A stretch of DNA of 64,000 nucleotides from Amoebidium appalachense (taxonomy: Eukaryota; Protista; Ichthyosporea). Under the pieces are notes generated by a model that worked only from the letters and a program-made list of their open reading frames with translations, ran no database searches and had not been told where the DNA came from. The stretch lies in assembly GCA_963693365.1 (NCBI GenBank), contig CAVNZM010000007.1, positions 8,615,962 to 8,679,961 of the forward strand, written 5' to 3'. Every line of letters starts with the position of its first letter. Position 1 is the stretch's first letter. This document shows positions 1-20,711 of this stretch, one piece after another. Made by a program: the position numbers and the translations under genes.

Positions 1-87
1 AGTGTGCAAGAGTGGTTGAGTTGTGCAAGGATACGCAAGTAGAAGCCTGAGCAAAGGGATAGACAGAAATGCAAACATGACAAATGG

Positions 88-125
<38 letters not shown>

Positions 126-349
126 ATGTGCGACACACAGCAAACAAAAGAGTGCACGTACACCCGCTGATAAGTTGGGGACGGGATGTGGCCAAAGCCA
201 AGCGCCTTTAGTCGGACTGCACAGCAACCCACACACACGGCAACCCCGCACATTCGTTCATGCCCGCTGAACATACCGCCGGGGGGTCGAAACAAACACC
301 CATACACCCACGAAATTCTTGTCCGTTTTTGCAAACGGTATATATTTGC

Positions 350-2918
350 TTAACGGTAAGACTTCTGGTAGCGTGCGCGGGCGCCGGGACCGCCGAACTT
401 CTTGGGCTCGCAGCGGCGGGGGTCAGCAACGAGCAGGGAGCGGTCGTAGGTGTGCAGGATGTCCTTGATCTGCTGCTTGGACACCTCGTCCACGAACTTC
501 TGGTAGAACGCCACCAGCGACTTGGCAATGGCCTGAATACACACAGTCAATATATTTTTAGCTGGCCGGAACGTGCATGCTGTGCATGTATCCCAGCCCC
601 AGGAGTATACCAAACTCCCACCCTCAACCAGTGATGTGTGTGAGAGGAAGAGAGGAATGTTGTGTGTGCGTGATGGACAGGGAGAGGGGGGGGGGGGGGG
701 GGGGGGAGGGGTTGATGTGCGCACAAGAACGTAGGGACCGGGAGAAGGGGAAAGGAGCGGAATATGGTGGATAGATGGGCGGGTGGGTGACGGGGGAGGA
801 ATAGAAACCACGACCCCGCCCACCCTCCCCCTGAGCACACAAACAAGATGCCACACACAAGCTCTGCACCCCCTCATAGTAGAGTACACCACAAGGGCGG
901 ATGCAGACTACACCCCGCTCCTCCCCCCCCACCAACCTCGGGATGTTAGAAAAACCAGGAGAACAGAAATCCTCCTCAAGAAAAGGGGAATCAGATTATA
1001 AAGAAGGTTGCGACAGTCAGATTGAACGAGTTAAAGAAGAGACACACAAATGTCCGTATGTAACCGAGTGCCGAAGAATTGCAGCTCCCTCCCCCCTCCC
1101 CCCCAAAACAAGAAACACATACTCCCCTCCATACACACGCACACTGTCCAGCCTAGAGTACCAAAAAACCCAGAGCCTTCACATACAATCTATATACGTC
1201 TGCTTCGTACTGGTAACCTCAAACTCATATCACCTATTTCATGCATGCAGTACCCTCTGTTTTGTGCACCACATGCTAATTTTATGCAAGCACTACGACA
1301 TGCAGCATGCAACGAAATCCTGACGAACAGGCTGCATTCAGAAATTGCATAGTACGTACAGACTGGGTGTTTGCATAGTGCGTACAGACAGGATGCGCGG
1401 ATCCCGACCCAAAATGCCCCCCCCCCCCCCCCCTAACACACACCCTGTCTTTATGGTTGCACGCCAGCCCATGCATCCATTACATCCTCCCATACCACAT
1501 CAGCGCAGCAATCACCAGACAAGCTCCTACAAGCACCACACCACCAGCGGCAGCAATGCAATCAGGACCCCCTTCCCCCCCATAAAGTACACACACAGAC
1601 ACACATGGGCAACCAGACACACCAGCCAAGTATGAATGCTGAGATGTGCCCCCCTCCTCCCCCCAAACGTACACAAATACTCAACCCCTCAACCACCAGC
1701 CACGGCCCCACACATACCTGGCGGATGGCGTAGATCTGGGAGGTGTGTCCACCACCCTTGACCCGGACGCGGATATCAACGCCGGCAAAGCGGTCCTTGC
1801 CGAGCAGGTAGATGGGCTCCATCACCTGCACACCAGTCAGCCAGCCCTGCTGCTAAAAACAGGAATATCCCCACGACCCAATAACGGTGGCTGAAGCATA
1901 TGGTGAAAAGTGGAAGCGTCGGCCACAACACAAAAACAGCAACAAAGTTGCCTGAGCAGAAAAAAGGCCGGTGACGACAGCACAGCATGCACCTACACAC
2001 TGCTCCGCCTTGATGGCCCCAGCAAAACTGGGAGGAGGACCCTCCTCCCCCGGCAAGCTGTCCTACAACACCCCGTAATTTCTACTCCCCCTACATCCCT
2101 CCTCCCCATGTTGTCCGTCGGATTCCTCCATCACCAATCGAACAATGATACCATAAACCCTGCACGTATGCCACGACCCATCCTACCCACTCGCTCACAC
2201 ACCTTCTCGCGAAGGATCTCGGGCTCGACGAGCTCGATGGGCTTGCCATTGACCTTCAGAAGGCCAGTGCCACGCTTGCAGTAAGCAACGGCAGTGGCCG
2301 TCTTCTGCTCACACACACCAGTGTCAGTATATATACCCCTATCGGTTGAAACTTGTATGCAAGAGGGCCGGGTGCATAGACCTGCAGGAATACAGATGGC
2401 AGACCGGAAAAAAACTGCAAACCAAACGCCACACGTTCACGTGTACCACTTTGTCCCAAAAGCAACACCTACCGTGCACGTACATAGCAAGTGAAACGAC
2501 ATACAAAGCCAATCCCTGCCCACAAAGCACGAGCAGCCTGAGGCAACCACGTTCAGAATTCGGAGTCCAGCATTCAACTACACAATGCAAGTGCTTCACT
2601 TGATTCCATGCCACGCATGTGTATGAGTGTATGAGTGCACGCAAGTGTTTGAGTTGTTCGTGTTACGTGCAGTGCCTCTGCCCCCACGTGGTGTAAGGCC
2701 CACAACACGCTATTAAGATTTTGCCTTGTTCGGTACTAAAAATTTTGAGCTCATTACAAAAGGCGTGTGCTCCTGTATGTGTGTGTGTGTGTGTATTTAT
2801 GCGTCTGCTTGTAGATGTATGTGTATGTGTATGTGTGTGCCTTGCATTATTTCGGAGCTCGACCACGAACCTTGCGGCCAAAGACCTGCACAGACTCAAC
2901 AGGGGCCTTCTCTGCCAT
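350..2918 (-). CDS. RPS16: 40S ribosomal protein S16 (uS9), 4 exons, 146 aa
   Basis: Exons 2918-2871 ([16 protein letters not shown]), 2304-2203 ([20 protein letters not shown]..), 1825-1718 ([36 protein letters not shown]) and 532-350 ([34 protein letters not shown]). All introns are GT-AG and phase 0. The sequence is unmistakably uS9. Confidence 0.98.
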
Positions 2919-4689
2919 TTTCGGTGGCTCTCTGCAGGAAATATGAATGAGAGAACGCCCCTGATAGCCAAAAAGGGTATATGTAGGGTGGCTGAATATC
3001 TCGATTTTCACAACCACGGACAGTATGGTGATTAAAGATCTACGGTTAATATTGCAACCTGGAAAGCTGTGCTTCCGAAGTCTACCGCACGGACACAGCG
3101 TCACTGCAAAAACCGTGTCGTGCCCCACCATGTCCTCCCTGCATTCACTTTGGTTCACTAAATCATTGGACCATACACTCCATGGTTGCCTCCGGGTTGA
3201 TCATCTGCATGTAAAAGGCACGGCTTCGGTATCTTCCCTATGACTATAATACCCATAGTCGACTCAAAAGTCCCAGCTTCATCCTGCGGGTCGATAGCTG
3301 GTCCATTGGTGCATCTGAGCTGCCGGATGCTAGGGGATGGTGTTGGATACATGTCGGATGTTGCTGGTTCCTGTCTCAGCTATGGAATGGGAGCTACATA
3401 TACCAAGATAAAAGAGAATCCGCGCTACACTATTCCATCCAGCAAAAATCAGAAACATCCTCCTCGTAAAACCGCCGTTCCTTCCTCCGGAAGCCACTCT
3501 TCCCATTACATTTTCGTTTCCCGCTAATATCCCTCCAACCCAGGGACGTACAGTTACGTACCGGTCTGTGTTGGAAGAGACTGGCACAAAGCAGCGCGCC
3601 GCTCTCAAGCAACACGAGAACGCTGAACGGAGCTCTGTGTGTGCAATCCGTCACAGATCTTTGCGCAAGTTAGGAATGAAACGGATAAAATAGAAGGATC
3701 TCATTTGCTGAAGACCACGGTGCAATCTTGCCGATTAATGAACGTTGCCTGCAGTGACGCAACAGTCGACAGACACTCTCTCCGATGGTCTTTGAAAGGC
3801 TTATTCTGCAGAGTGTGGCTGGCCCAGGCTGGGGTGAATATCGCACACAGAGTGTGGCGAGCGCTGTGGCGTGAAAGACGTGAAACCACAAGGGAATGAT
3901 AGGTTACTCGGTCCCTGCTATTAAGTTTGATAGCAGCGATGCATTATAATCGCGTTTCAGCCCTCACGAGTTACTTCATCTTCTACGCAGAATCGATTCT
4001 GCCGGCGCAGCTGCTGGAGCTGCAGGCAGTTCTCTCGGCCCATAATAAGGCAGTGCAAAATTTAAGGAGCAGCCACGGGCTGATCGAATGTACCAAGTTT
4101 GACGGACTTTTGGTACAGCCATACTCGGGGACCTGGTTGTGCATGTTTACACTGTGCGCGGGTTACACTGTGTACAAGTGATGCAATGCACGTGTCCAAG
4201 TACATACCTCATTGAATAGCCTGGAGAGAATCAGGATTGAGATGATTCTACGGTTTAGAGAAAAGTGCCACAGCCATGTTATTTATTTCCAGTGCGTACA
4301 ACTCGCACAACGCGTTCGAAGAGAGTTTCCAGATGCCACTTTTTTTTTTCTATAGAACGTTCGTCAGCCGCGATCACTTGCCTGTGTGCGCCCGTGCCAC
4401 AATACATCCTTCCTTCGTGACACCATGTCTTAAAAAGCAGGATACACCACAGAGTATGTTAAAGATAGAGGGCACCGGCGTGTAAACCTTCAGATTTTCG
4501 TGCAGAACAACTTTCAAGTATAATCATGGTCAGTTGATGCAGAACTTTAGTCTATACAGTACTTATGCAGGCCCTCTGTTACAGTCCTTTTCTCACCAGT
4601 CCTAGGTGTGTCTGGCATCACGGTGCTTAAGACCAAAGTGGCTCCCAACAGCAAACGAAGACACAAACATACAACGAAGTCCTTCAAGA

Positions 4690-10423
<5,734 letters not shown>

Positions 10424-10945
10424 GGTTCTGTTCTTACATGAATAGTGTACCGGCTAAGAGGAGTATCAGAAGGCAAGTTGTATGTTGGCGTTATAGCAAC
10501 TAGCTAGTGCTTTTTTGTTTCATGCAGTCCCTATTCACGTGTGCCTTTTTCACGCGCTGCAGACAGATATAGGACTTTTGTTACTTATAGATTGGCACCT
10601 CGCTTTGAGCTCGAGCAAACAAACAAGAGTGACGCGAGTCAACCGAGTCAACTGGCAACAGAAGTGGCTGAGTTCAGCTATTTGCGTAAATGTTTAGCCA
10701 AATATAGAAGTAATGTTTAATATGATTGGCTGTAACCGTTAGAAAAGTAAACCGTTGTCGCATTTTTGGACGATAACAAAGCAGATCTAGACCAAGCAGG
10801 AAGCAAAGCATGGCCTCCTGCTCGAGCGCTGAGTATGTGCATGGGATTGATGGGATACAGTAGGAGTATAGTAGAGACCTTGGCAAAAAGATACGTGTGC
10901 ATATAACATGTTAAAGTATAGATACCAGCGAGGAGTCCTTCCCCT

Positions 10946-10976
<31 letters not shown>

Positions 10977-11792
10977 CCCCCAACCACCACCATCACCAAT
11001 TTGCACACACACACACACACACATCTCATTCTCCCTCCCCCCCCCCCCCCTCCCCCCCCCCCTCCCCCCCCCCAACACACACACCTCCCCCTCCCCCCCC
11101 CCTCCCCCCCTCCCCCCCCCCTCCCTTTTTGACACTCTCTAGCCATTGCAAGCCAAGCAGGGCTCAATATTAGTCAACACCAGCGGCATTCATTCAACAC
11201 CACCGTGACCACACGCAGAAAAATACAGAAGAATTTGAACACAGGAAATCTTGAGAGTCGTGTCAGAGATGGTGGTGCGGCACGACGCATGTTTTCAGTC
11301 GCTGCCGGTGAATGCTCGAAACACCAGGGCTCGTAAGAACCAAGAACGACTCTTGTATATTATATCCCAACCTATAGCTAAAAGACTCGAACCACCCGGC
11401 GAAGCCCAACCTTCCTGCCACATTGAACACCTTCGCAGCTCTCCTCAGTACCCACACGATTGCGAGCCATCGTCGGGTCCGAGTGCCTCCTCTCCAGCCC
11501 CCCCCCCCCCCCCCCCCCCCCCCAAGTCCCTCCCTGTCCCCCCCTCCCCCCTCCCCTCCCTTCCCCCGGCTTCTCCCCTCACCCCCCCCCTCACCCCCTC
11601 CCCCCGGCCCCCCCCCCCATCCCGCTCAAAATTAATATCGATATCTTTTCCCCAACCCCATCCCCGAAGTGTGTCACACTATGTGCACGTGTTATAACAT
11701 TAAGGGTGTTGTGTCATGATCTCAGTGTGTGTGTCTGTGTGTTTGGTGTAAAGGGGTTTTTTTTTATCTCAGTGTGTGTGTCTGTATGCGTG

Positions 11793-11839
<47 letters not shown>

Positions 11840-11881
11840 TGTGTTGTGTGTGTGTGTGTAGCTAGTGTTTTTGTCTTAGAG

Positions 11882-11980
<99 letters not shown>

Positions 11981-12372
11981 GCATGTGTTTGTGTGTGTGT
12001 GTACGCTCGCGCGCGCAGTGCACACCCAGGAGAAACGGGGGCCTCGGGGGAGGTGGGGGGGGAGGGGGGAGGGGAGATGGTTCTGAAAAGGTGATTACAC
12101 GTTTTAAAGTGCACAGATGTTGCAAAGTAGAGGGTGTCAGAGACTCTATGAATACTATTGCCTGAAAGAAAGATGATTTTGCTATCTTGTGAACATAAAA
12201 TCTTTTTGCCTTTTTCATTCAGAAGAAGTAAAAACCCGGCCGCTTTTAAGGGTCATGTCCTGCGCTGCCCTATTTCGTTGTGCACCCACTGCACAAAATT
12301 ACTTGCTCACACAATCTGAGTTATAAAAGCATCATGTTTTCCCTGTCCATTTGAGGTTTTTTTTTTTTTTTT

Positions 12373-12427
<55 letters not shown>

Positions 12428-12925
12428 CACCCACGCTTGGTCTCAAACTTTACTACCACAACAAACAGCTTGGCGGTGGGGTTGGCTATGACTCTCGTTT
12501 GAGAACGGTTATTGGGTCATATTGGCATGAACTTCGAACTTCTCGCGGAGAATTTGAATGCCTTGACATATTGAACTGTATGCAGCTCAACTCCTCCTTC
12601 CCCCCTCTCCCCTCCCCCCCGGGGGCGTCCCATTTTTTACACACAACACCTACCAACATCAACTTGCGAGCCCCACCTTTTCCACGGTAGGACCAAAACA
12701 TGCAGCGAGGTAGTATTATGTCTCTAAGCAAGCGACAGGTTAGGCATGCGTATGGTCACGTGCACCTAGGTACGTGCACGTGTATCCGTGTGTCTTTTTT
12801 TTTTCGGAAGGGGAGAGGGAGAGGGGGGGGAGGGGGGGGGAGGGGGGGGGGGGGGGGATAGAATGGAAAGAGAAGGATGGCGGGACTGACGGGGGGGGGG
12901 GGGGGGGGGGGGGGGAGGGGGGGGA

Positions 12926-13150
12926 TTGAGTACAAGCCACACACATGGAAGGTGTGCATGCCGTATTAAGCAGAGCCCATTCTCATGCATATGGTAGCCC
13001 AAGTTGTCCACAGTTACTTCACCCGAGTTTCAATCCATTCACCTTGTCAGCGAAACCCAACCCAGATACTGCTCCGCTGGAACATGGGTGGGTCACGTGT
13101 GCACCTATCTTAACTATAGACGAGCAGGGTTACTTATGCGAGCAGGCAAC
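12926..13150 (-). mobile_element. Diverged copy of the poly-G/C-associated retroposon
   Basis: Follows a G tract. Contains taagcagagcccatt and acgagcagggttacttatgc, which encodes ..ISNPARL* on the minus strand as in the 36374 copy. Confidence 0.6.
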
Positions 13151-13312
13151 AGGCAAGGGCAGTGGGAAAGGCTAGGGGTAGGATTTGCAGCAGCAAGCAA
13201 AATTTTGAATGATAACGTGTGTGTGTGTATGTGTGTGTGTGTGTGTGTATGTGTGTATGTGTATGTGTGTATGTGTGTGTGTGTGTGTGTGTCACGGTAT
13301 GTGTGTGTGTGT

Positions 13313-13361
<49 letters not shown>

Positions 13362-14042
13362 CATGTGTGTGCGCGTGTGTGTGTTTTTTTTTTTTTTTTT
13401 GGCGGGAGGGCACCGGGGGGGGGGGGGGGGGGGGGAGGGGGGGGAACAAATTTGCAAGCTCTAGACAGAATTAGACAAAAATTAGACAGAATCATCCGGC
13501 TTGCGCAAAACGCAAGGAGAATTAACTCTCAAATTATGAGATCAAAACATACTGAAGATATGTGTCACTGATAATGCTATAACGATCATCATTCAAAATC
13601 GGTGATGCACAGCACAAACGGAAAGGGTGCCCAAACATATGCATACATACACAAGATCCATTCATACGATCTAGAATACTGACAATTCAAGTGAAAAAAT
13701 AGATGCTTACTTCGATGTGGCCCATTACTGTACTTAGCTCAGACCTTCGTCTTTGGCACAGAATGTTACTTAAGTGTGCACTTTAGTATGTGCAGGTGTG
13801 CGTGGCTCTGTGTTGGCTTGTGACAGCGCCTGTGAACACGTATGTGTTTTTGTGTACGTATTTGAATACGAAATATACGCTCCTATCTCAGTGCGACAGA
13901 GCCACAAAATTTTCGGAGTTACCGCGAATATAAACAACGTCATGTATATGTATACTAACCAAGAAACCCCCCCTTCTACGGTAACCTATCATTTAGCCAC
14001 AGCACCGGTGTTTATCAATACAACATACGCCGAGTGTATGAA

Positions 14043-14284
14043 AGCAACCACCGCTACTTCCATTTTAGCCTCTGGGCGGCGAGCCACATTGGTGACGTCA
14101 TTTTGTGCACAAATTCCAGGACGCCGTGTCGCCCTGAAAAGGGCGCGAAAGGCTCTGTCGTATGTCGACATCGGCAATGTGACACTATTTGATTGAGTCT
14201 CTTGATTGGTGAGACGCATTTGAGGAATGTGGCTCTCGGCTGGTCAGCGCTGAGATGCTAAAATGGGAGAAGCGGTGGTTGGTT
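14043..14284. mobile_element. Diverged MITE, same family as 60907-61210
   Basis: Imperfect TIRs caaccaccgctacttccattttagc / gctaaaatgggagaagcggtggttg. 14161-14275 matches the reverse complement of ~60915-61020 (atgtcgacatcggcaat..gattggtgag..tggctctcggctg..gctaaaatgg). Confidence 0.7.
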
Positions 14285-14537
14285 GAACATCAACAATGAG
14301 TGGAATACCAATACCATTATAGCTGTACTCAGTCTTAACACCTTGTGATCTGCAGTTACCCAATCACCACATTCAAAAGTCCCAAAAAACCCCACAAAAC
14401 CCCAACTGATATGCCCTCCTCCCCCCTCCCCCCTGCCCTTCCCCCTCCCCCCCCCCCCCCTCTCCCTCCCTCCACCCCCCTTCCTCCCCCCCCCTCCCCC
14501 TTCCCCTCCCCCCCTCCCCCCCTCCCCCCCCCCCCTT

Positions 14538-15308
14538 TCACACGCTTTCAACCCTCTGCATAATCCCGTGCTCCACTTGCAGCTCTTCAGATGCTCTCCT
14601 ACTCCGACTACTTCCCGCCACAGCGCTTTCCAGAGCCAATGCCTCCCCTCTGTCTAATGCAGTCAACCCGCTAAACTTTCTCCCCGACGAGCTGATTTGC
14701 GTACTGCTTGCACCATTAGCAGCGCGCGCTGTGTTTGGCGATGTTGCCCCTTCCATATTTGGCATTGGTCCATCCTCCATATTTGGCGCCGTTGCACCTT
14801 CCATATTTGGCGGCGGTGCACTTTCCATATTCGGCGATGTTGCACCTTCCATATTTGGCAATGCGTGTTGTATTGCGCCATCCATATCCGGACCAGATGA
14901 TGCACTTTCCAAATTTGGCGATGTTGCAATTTCCCAATTTGGCAATGTTACACCGTCCATTTTAGGCGACAAGCCCGCACCATCTTGACTGCACAACTCT
15001 TCTTCAGTTTTTTCATTCACCGGAACTTGCGTAACATGCGGCATGTCTGTGCTGGAACCAGGGTCGACACATATCACTGGTGTATCCACTGTGTTGCCAT
15101 TATCCTTGCTCGGTGGTTGTGGTGGTTGGGCTGAATGGTCATTGTGGTGTGTGGTGGGTGTTAGCGGTGTGCTTGTTGCCGGGGTGGGTGGTGGGGCCTT
15201 TGTTCCCTCCTCTGTAGGCACCAGTCTTGTTCGCACCCATTCCACCAGTTCTTTGATTACGGCCTGCAAAATTGTAAATGCCCAGTCAGCTGGCCATTCT
15301 CCCCCCCC

Positions 15309-15348
<40 letters not shown>

Positions 15349-16517
15349 TCCCTCCCTCCCCTCCTCCCTTTCCCCGAATCTTCTCTTCATTTCTCCGCTT
15401 AGTGATATGTAACATACGTGCTGACTGAGTGGGGCTGGGGGGACACATTTGCGTTCTTCTGCTCAATATGAATACGATATCTAGAAAATCATTAGCAACC
15501 CCCCTCCCCCTCACACACACACACACACACACGTACCCACCCACCCCTACACACCGGCCTAAACTACCATCAACACCGCCCACCATACACATAGAACCCC
15601 AGAGCTCCATCCAGCCTTACACCTAACATCACTCTGTCCCATTCCCCAATATCCCCCTCCCCCCCTCCCCCCCACTCCCAACTTCTTCCAGAACCCATCA
15701 CCACCACAACGAAACCACTGCACATATACACACACGCCTTTCTCTTGAAGCCAACCACACCGAGGCACACACAAACACAACCCCCTCCCCCTCCCCCCCC
15801 CCCCCCTCCCCAACCCTCCAACACCCATACCCATACCCCCCCCCCCCTCCCCCCTCCCCCCCAACACCCACCCACCCACACGCACCCACTCGCACGCACA
15901 CACCTCTCTCTTCGAGTCAGCCTCGTTGTGCAGGTCATGCATCAACCCCTCCAGCATCCTCAGTGTCTTATCAGTCGTACGGGCCTCCTTGTAGAGGTGC
16001 ATGGACCCCTCAGGAACAACTACCTCATCCCACGTCCTGCGCGGGGGGGGGGGGGGGGGGGGGGGGTCAATGATAGGAGGTTGGTTTTGGGGATAGCTAT
16101 GCATATAGCTTACGGCTGTGGTGTAAGACAGGAAGAAAAAAGGGTGTATTGTTGGTTTAAGTTTTACTAACACAGGCGTCATTTAGGTGGATACCAGCCC
16201 CCAGGTGGGGCAAAAAAAAGTAGATTATGTGGAAGTTTGTGTGTGCGTGCCCGTGCATGTGTGGGAGGGTCGAGGGGGGGGCAAAGGATAGGAAGGGGGC
16301 GGAACGAAGGTGGGAAGGGGGTTTGGAGGGTGGGGAACGAGGGGGTTGGTGAATAAAAGTAGGTCAGAGAACAGTGTCTTCTGAAAGGCGCAAGCACAAT
16401 GAGGGTGATAAGAGGCGAGAAAAATAGGGGGTAGGAGGAATACCCTACCCTTGCATGACGATGAATGGTGTGGTGACCTGCTGCAGCTTCTTGAAGTTGT
16501 CTTGCACCGCCTGACCA

Positions 16518-16552
<35 letters not shown>

Positions 16553-17241
16553 GTTAAAATTTCTCGTGCTGGGTCCCCCCCTCCCCTCCCCCCCTCCCCC
16601 CCTCCCCCCCCCCCCCCCCTCCCCCCCCGGGGGCGCCGCCACCCTCCTCTTTCCCTACCTTTTCTTGTCCACAACTTCCACCTTCATCTACAACGTGAAA
16701 AAACCCTCCTGCCAAAAACAAGCACAGGGGGAGGAAAGGGAGAGGGGGAGGGGGTGGGGGGGGGAGGGGGGATTAGCAAAGCAAGAGCCAAAATAAATTG
16801 GTACGCAAATCAGCGCACGTGTGTGGTGTGTGCACGCGTGTAGGAAGGGGGGTGTGCGCGGGGGCGGGGAGGGGGGGGGGGGGGGGGGAGGGGGGGGGGG
16901 GGGGGGAGGGAAGGGTCAGAATGTGTTTACAGTGTACGAAGTACACAGGACGGACACCATCATGCAGATGTTGCAAAGTAGACACAAAGAGTATCCATCA
17001 CAAGAAGAGCCCATCCTCAGCCGGGGCCTCAAGTTCTCCACAACATCCGAGGGGACGGGGAGAGGGGTCGTGTATGTGTGTGTGTGTGTGTGTGTTTGAG
17101 GGGGCCCAAGGGAAGGCGGGGGGGGGGGGGGGGGGGGGGGAGGGGGGGGGGGGGGGGGGCACAAACTCTTAGTATGATGTTTGCCCAGTTGATCCGAATG
17201 GTGCCATGGTAGTTGAGTGGATCATCAACCCAGTCCTTCAC

Positions 17242-17272
<31 letters not shown>

Positions 17273-17455
17273 GGGGGGGGGAGGGGGGGTATTAGTGGAG
17301 ATAGCACATCAAAACACTACATATGTAGATTGGGGGGTTTTGGTGCATGTGTCAGAGTCTAAATGTGTTGGGCAATGAAAGGGTGAAGGTGAAAGTCATC
17401 CTATACATTGTGACTTGGAGATATCATGCGGGGCCACCGTTAGGATGTTGGGTGG

Positions 17456-17554
<99 letters not shown>

Positions 17555-17696
17555 TGCCTTACACATGTTGAAAGTATAGAGGTACACAGCAGCGAGGTGG
17601 GGATAGCAGCTTGTGTTTGTGGTGCGCATGAGAGTGTCACTCTGTGTGTATGTGTGTGTGTTCGCGCGCGCGCGCGCGCGCGCGTGTGTATGTCTG

Positions 17697-17760
<64 letters not shown>

Positions 17761-18054
17761 CGTGTCTGTGTGTGTCATTCGTGTGTGCGCGCACAAACAC
17801 GCACGATTGTGTAAGTGCATGTGTGTATGGTTGTGTAGGTGCCCATTGTGACATCCGGATGTTGCAGAGCAATACATCAGCACTTGGGTTAAGAGAGCAT
17901 CACCTTTTTGTGGGTCACTGCTTAGACACTCGGGGTCAATCTTGCCGATGCTGAATTTGGGATTAACCAGACCTATATTCCTGCAAAGGTGTGCATCATG
18001 CATCAGCCAACCAGAAAAGGCAATCGAGCATTGATTGTTTTTTTTTTTTTTTTT

Positions 18055-18102
<48 letters not shown>

Positions 18103-19050
18103 GGGGGGAGGGGGGGGGAAGTGCTGTTTATTAACGACATGTATGTGAGCTGTGATGAGGTATTGGCACCAAGGCCAACAGCACTTCCACCCAATAAGAA
18201 AAATACGTGAAAAACGATGTTGCAAGATACACATCATATGCGGAGATATAACCTTTTTTTTTTCCCTTAGTGACTATGTTGGCTCTCTTGATAGTGGTCA
18301 CGTGCTCGACGACACTTTCTGTTCTGTGCACGCAGGAGCAAGCAAAAGAGAGAGAAAGGAAGGTTGAAAGGGGGGAGGGGGGGACGGGGGGGGGGGGGGG
18401 GTTTGAATGCGTCAAAAAGTACGAAGTACACAAGAACAAACGGATAACACGATGCAGAATGCAAGCCATACATAAAGAGTATGCATGGGGGGGGGGAGGG
18501 GGGGGGGGGGAGGGGTTGTTGATAGTTTGGTGCTAAAGGGTAAACTGCGAGTATCGTATTTAATTCAGCCGAGGCTACACTGGAAAATGGTGAAAGTGGG
18601 ATTGTCATGCGTAAGTAGGGCAAGTACACATGCTCATTTAGTTACAGTGCTTCCACCGACTTTCTGAACCAATCGGCTAAAGGCAGGTCTTTGGGACGTG
18701 ATTGGTTGGCAGTTTAATTTTAACAGGCAATTTATGGGTGAAGCAAACGATTCCTATATTGATTTCCCATGGCCGGCCGATCATATGACTGCAAAAAGTC
18801 GATTAGTCCAGAAAGTCGGTGGAAGCACTGTTAAGCCTCATCAATTTGCCGGATGAGCCAAGGGTGCTTGTTCCCGGTAACAAACGGGGCACACACAACG
18901 TGAAATGAAGGCGCAACAGAGATTGCAGTGTGGTCGAAAATGGGCATATTGGTGAGATTATTTGGGGTGGGGTGAGGGAAGGAGCATAGCTCGTGCTTCA
19001 TTGCTTTCTTGATTTTCTCTGTCTTTTTTGAACTAATTTTGTTAATATTG

Positions 19051-19085
<35 letters not shown>

Positions 19086-19310
19086 GGGTGTGTGTGTGTG
19101 TGTGTGTGTGTGCGGGGAGAGGAAGAGGGAGGGGGAGGGGAGGGGAGGAGGAGGGGGGGGGGGGTTTGAATGCGGAACACAGTACGAAGTACGCATAGAC
19201 GATGAGAAGCATGATGCAGGACACATGCAAAGGCAAACATTCAAGTATGCAGCATCAGCCATGCGCACAGTATGCGTCATAAGCAGAGCCCATCCTCAGG
19301 GAGGGCCCAA

Positions 19311-19350
<40 letters not shown>

Positions 19351-20062
19351 CTCCTACTTTGCCAGAAGCATTTTAAACGGAGTAGCAGCCAAAGGATCCG
19401 GCCTTTAAAAAAAAAAAAAAAAAGTATGTAAGCAAGCCTGCTCTTCCGTTTTCCTTTCCTCCATTTCCTCTCACCTTTGAACCAACTTAAACGTACCCCC
19501 ATCCCCCCCCCCCCCCCCCCCCCCCTCTCCCCCCCTTCCCCCCCCCCTCTCCGTCCCTCCCCCCTCCCCTCTGGCCAGCTCCTTTTGCCCCGTTCACTTC
19601 CCCCACCCATCACACACTTTCCATCCATGCCAGGTCATCCAGTGTATATGCACATCGGCCAACCCCTTCAGCCCAAATGTGCCATTCCTTTTGACCCCTC
19701 CCTTGCAATCATATGCCATAAATGGCACAAAACATTGTCGTATCCTCTGTTGTCACCCTTTGATTCAGTTTCCATTTCTCCTCTGAGTCACTTGATTCTA
19801 GCAATCATATTTCAGCTCTATTTACAGTGTGTCGTCCCCAGAAAAACGAAAGGCAAGAGCAGATGTTTGCGTATGTGCGCGCACGTGTGTGCATGAGTGT
19901 GTGCCTGTGTGTGTATGTGTGTGTGTGTGTACGACATGCCCGCCCAAACACGCGCTGGGATTGGGGGTTGGTATGTGTTGCAACGGGGTAACAAGGCCCC
20001 ACATATGAAAGACAAAGCGCATTATGTAAAATAAAATATGTACGAAGATACCAAGGGCTGTA

Positions 20063-20151
<89 letters not shown>

Positions 20152-20248
20152 ACATGATCATGGGAGCAGTCAGAAGAAGGCCTCTAAACATGTCGTGGTG
20201 CTTGCGAATTACCGTCACGGCTATACAGGCCCCCATAGCATGTCTGTG

Positions 20249-20282
<34 letters not shown>

Positions 20283-20680
20283 GTGGGAGGGGGGAAAGGG
20301 GGGAGGGGGAGTGAGGGGCTTTGCCGGGAGGTGTTGGGTGGAACGGAAGAAGTTGTGTCAGAAAACCAAAGAAACAAGGTAAACGTGAGCTATGTGCTGC
20401 ATATAGCAAAGGCACGAATGACACAGTCCACACATGCATGGGTTGCGGAGAGCGCACAGGGATAAAAGGGTGCTGGAAGGAAGCTGGGGGAGGGGGGAGG
20501 GGGGGGGGGGGAGGGGGGGGGGGGGGGGGGGGGAAGGAGGGTGAAGGCTGGACGCACAAGCATACGAGCAGCAGAGGAAGTACAAACATGTTACAAAAAG
20601 CCATACCTCCCCACCCTTCCCCCCTCTCCTCCCGGCCGTGCTTTCCTTCCATAACCCAAGGGGGGGGGGGGGGGGGGGGG

Positions 20681-20711
<31 letters not shown>

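Noticed and set aside
533-2870. Intronic snoRNAs in RPS16
   Set aside because: No box C (RUGAUGA)/box D pair with a terminal stem was found by eye. H/ACA RNAs cannot be excluded without a search.
12385-12425. Poly-G tracts as a pure sequencing artefact
   Set aside because: G and C tracts occur on both strands, avoid exons, and recur at homologous positions in duplicated units. Exact tract lengths may still be unreliable.
18252-18323. Candidate lipase exon [16 protein letters not shown]
   Set aside because: No donor gives the required phase. Exon 19402-19358 ([15 protein letters not shown]) fits both phase and family alignment.
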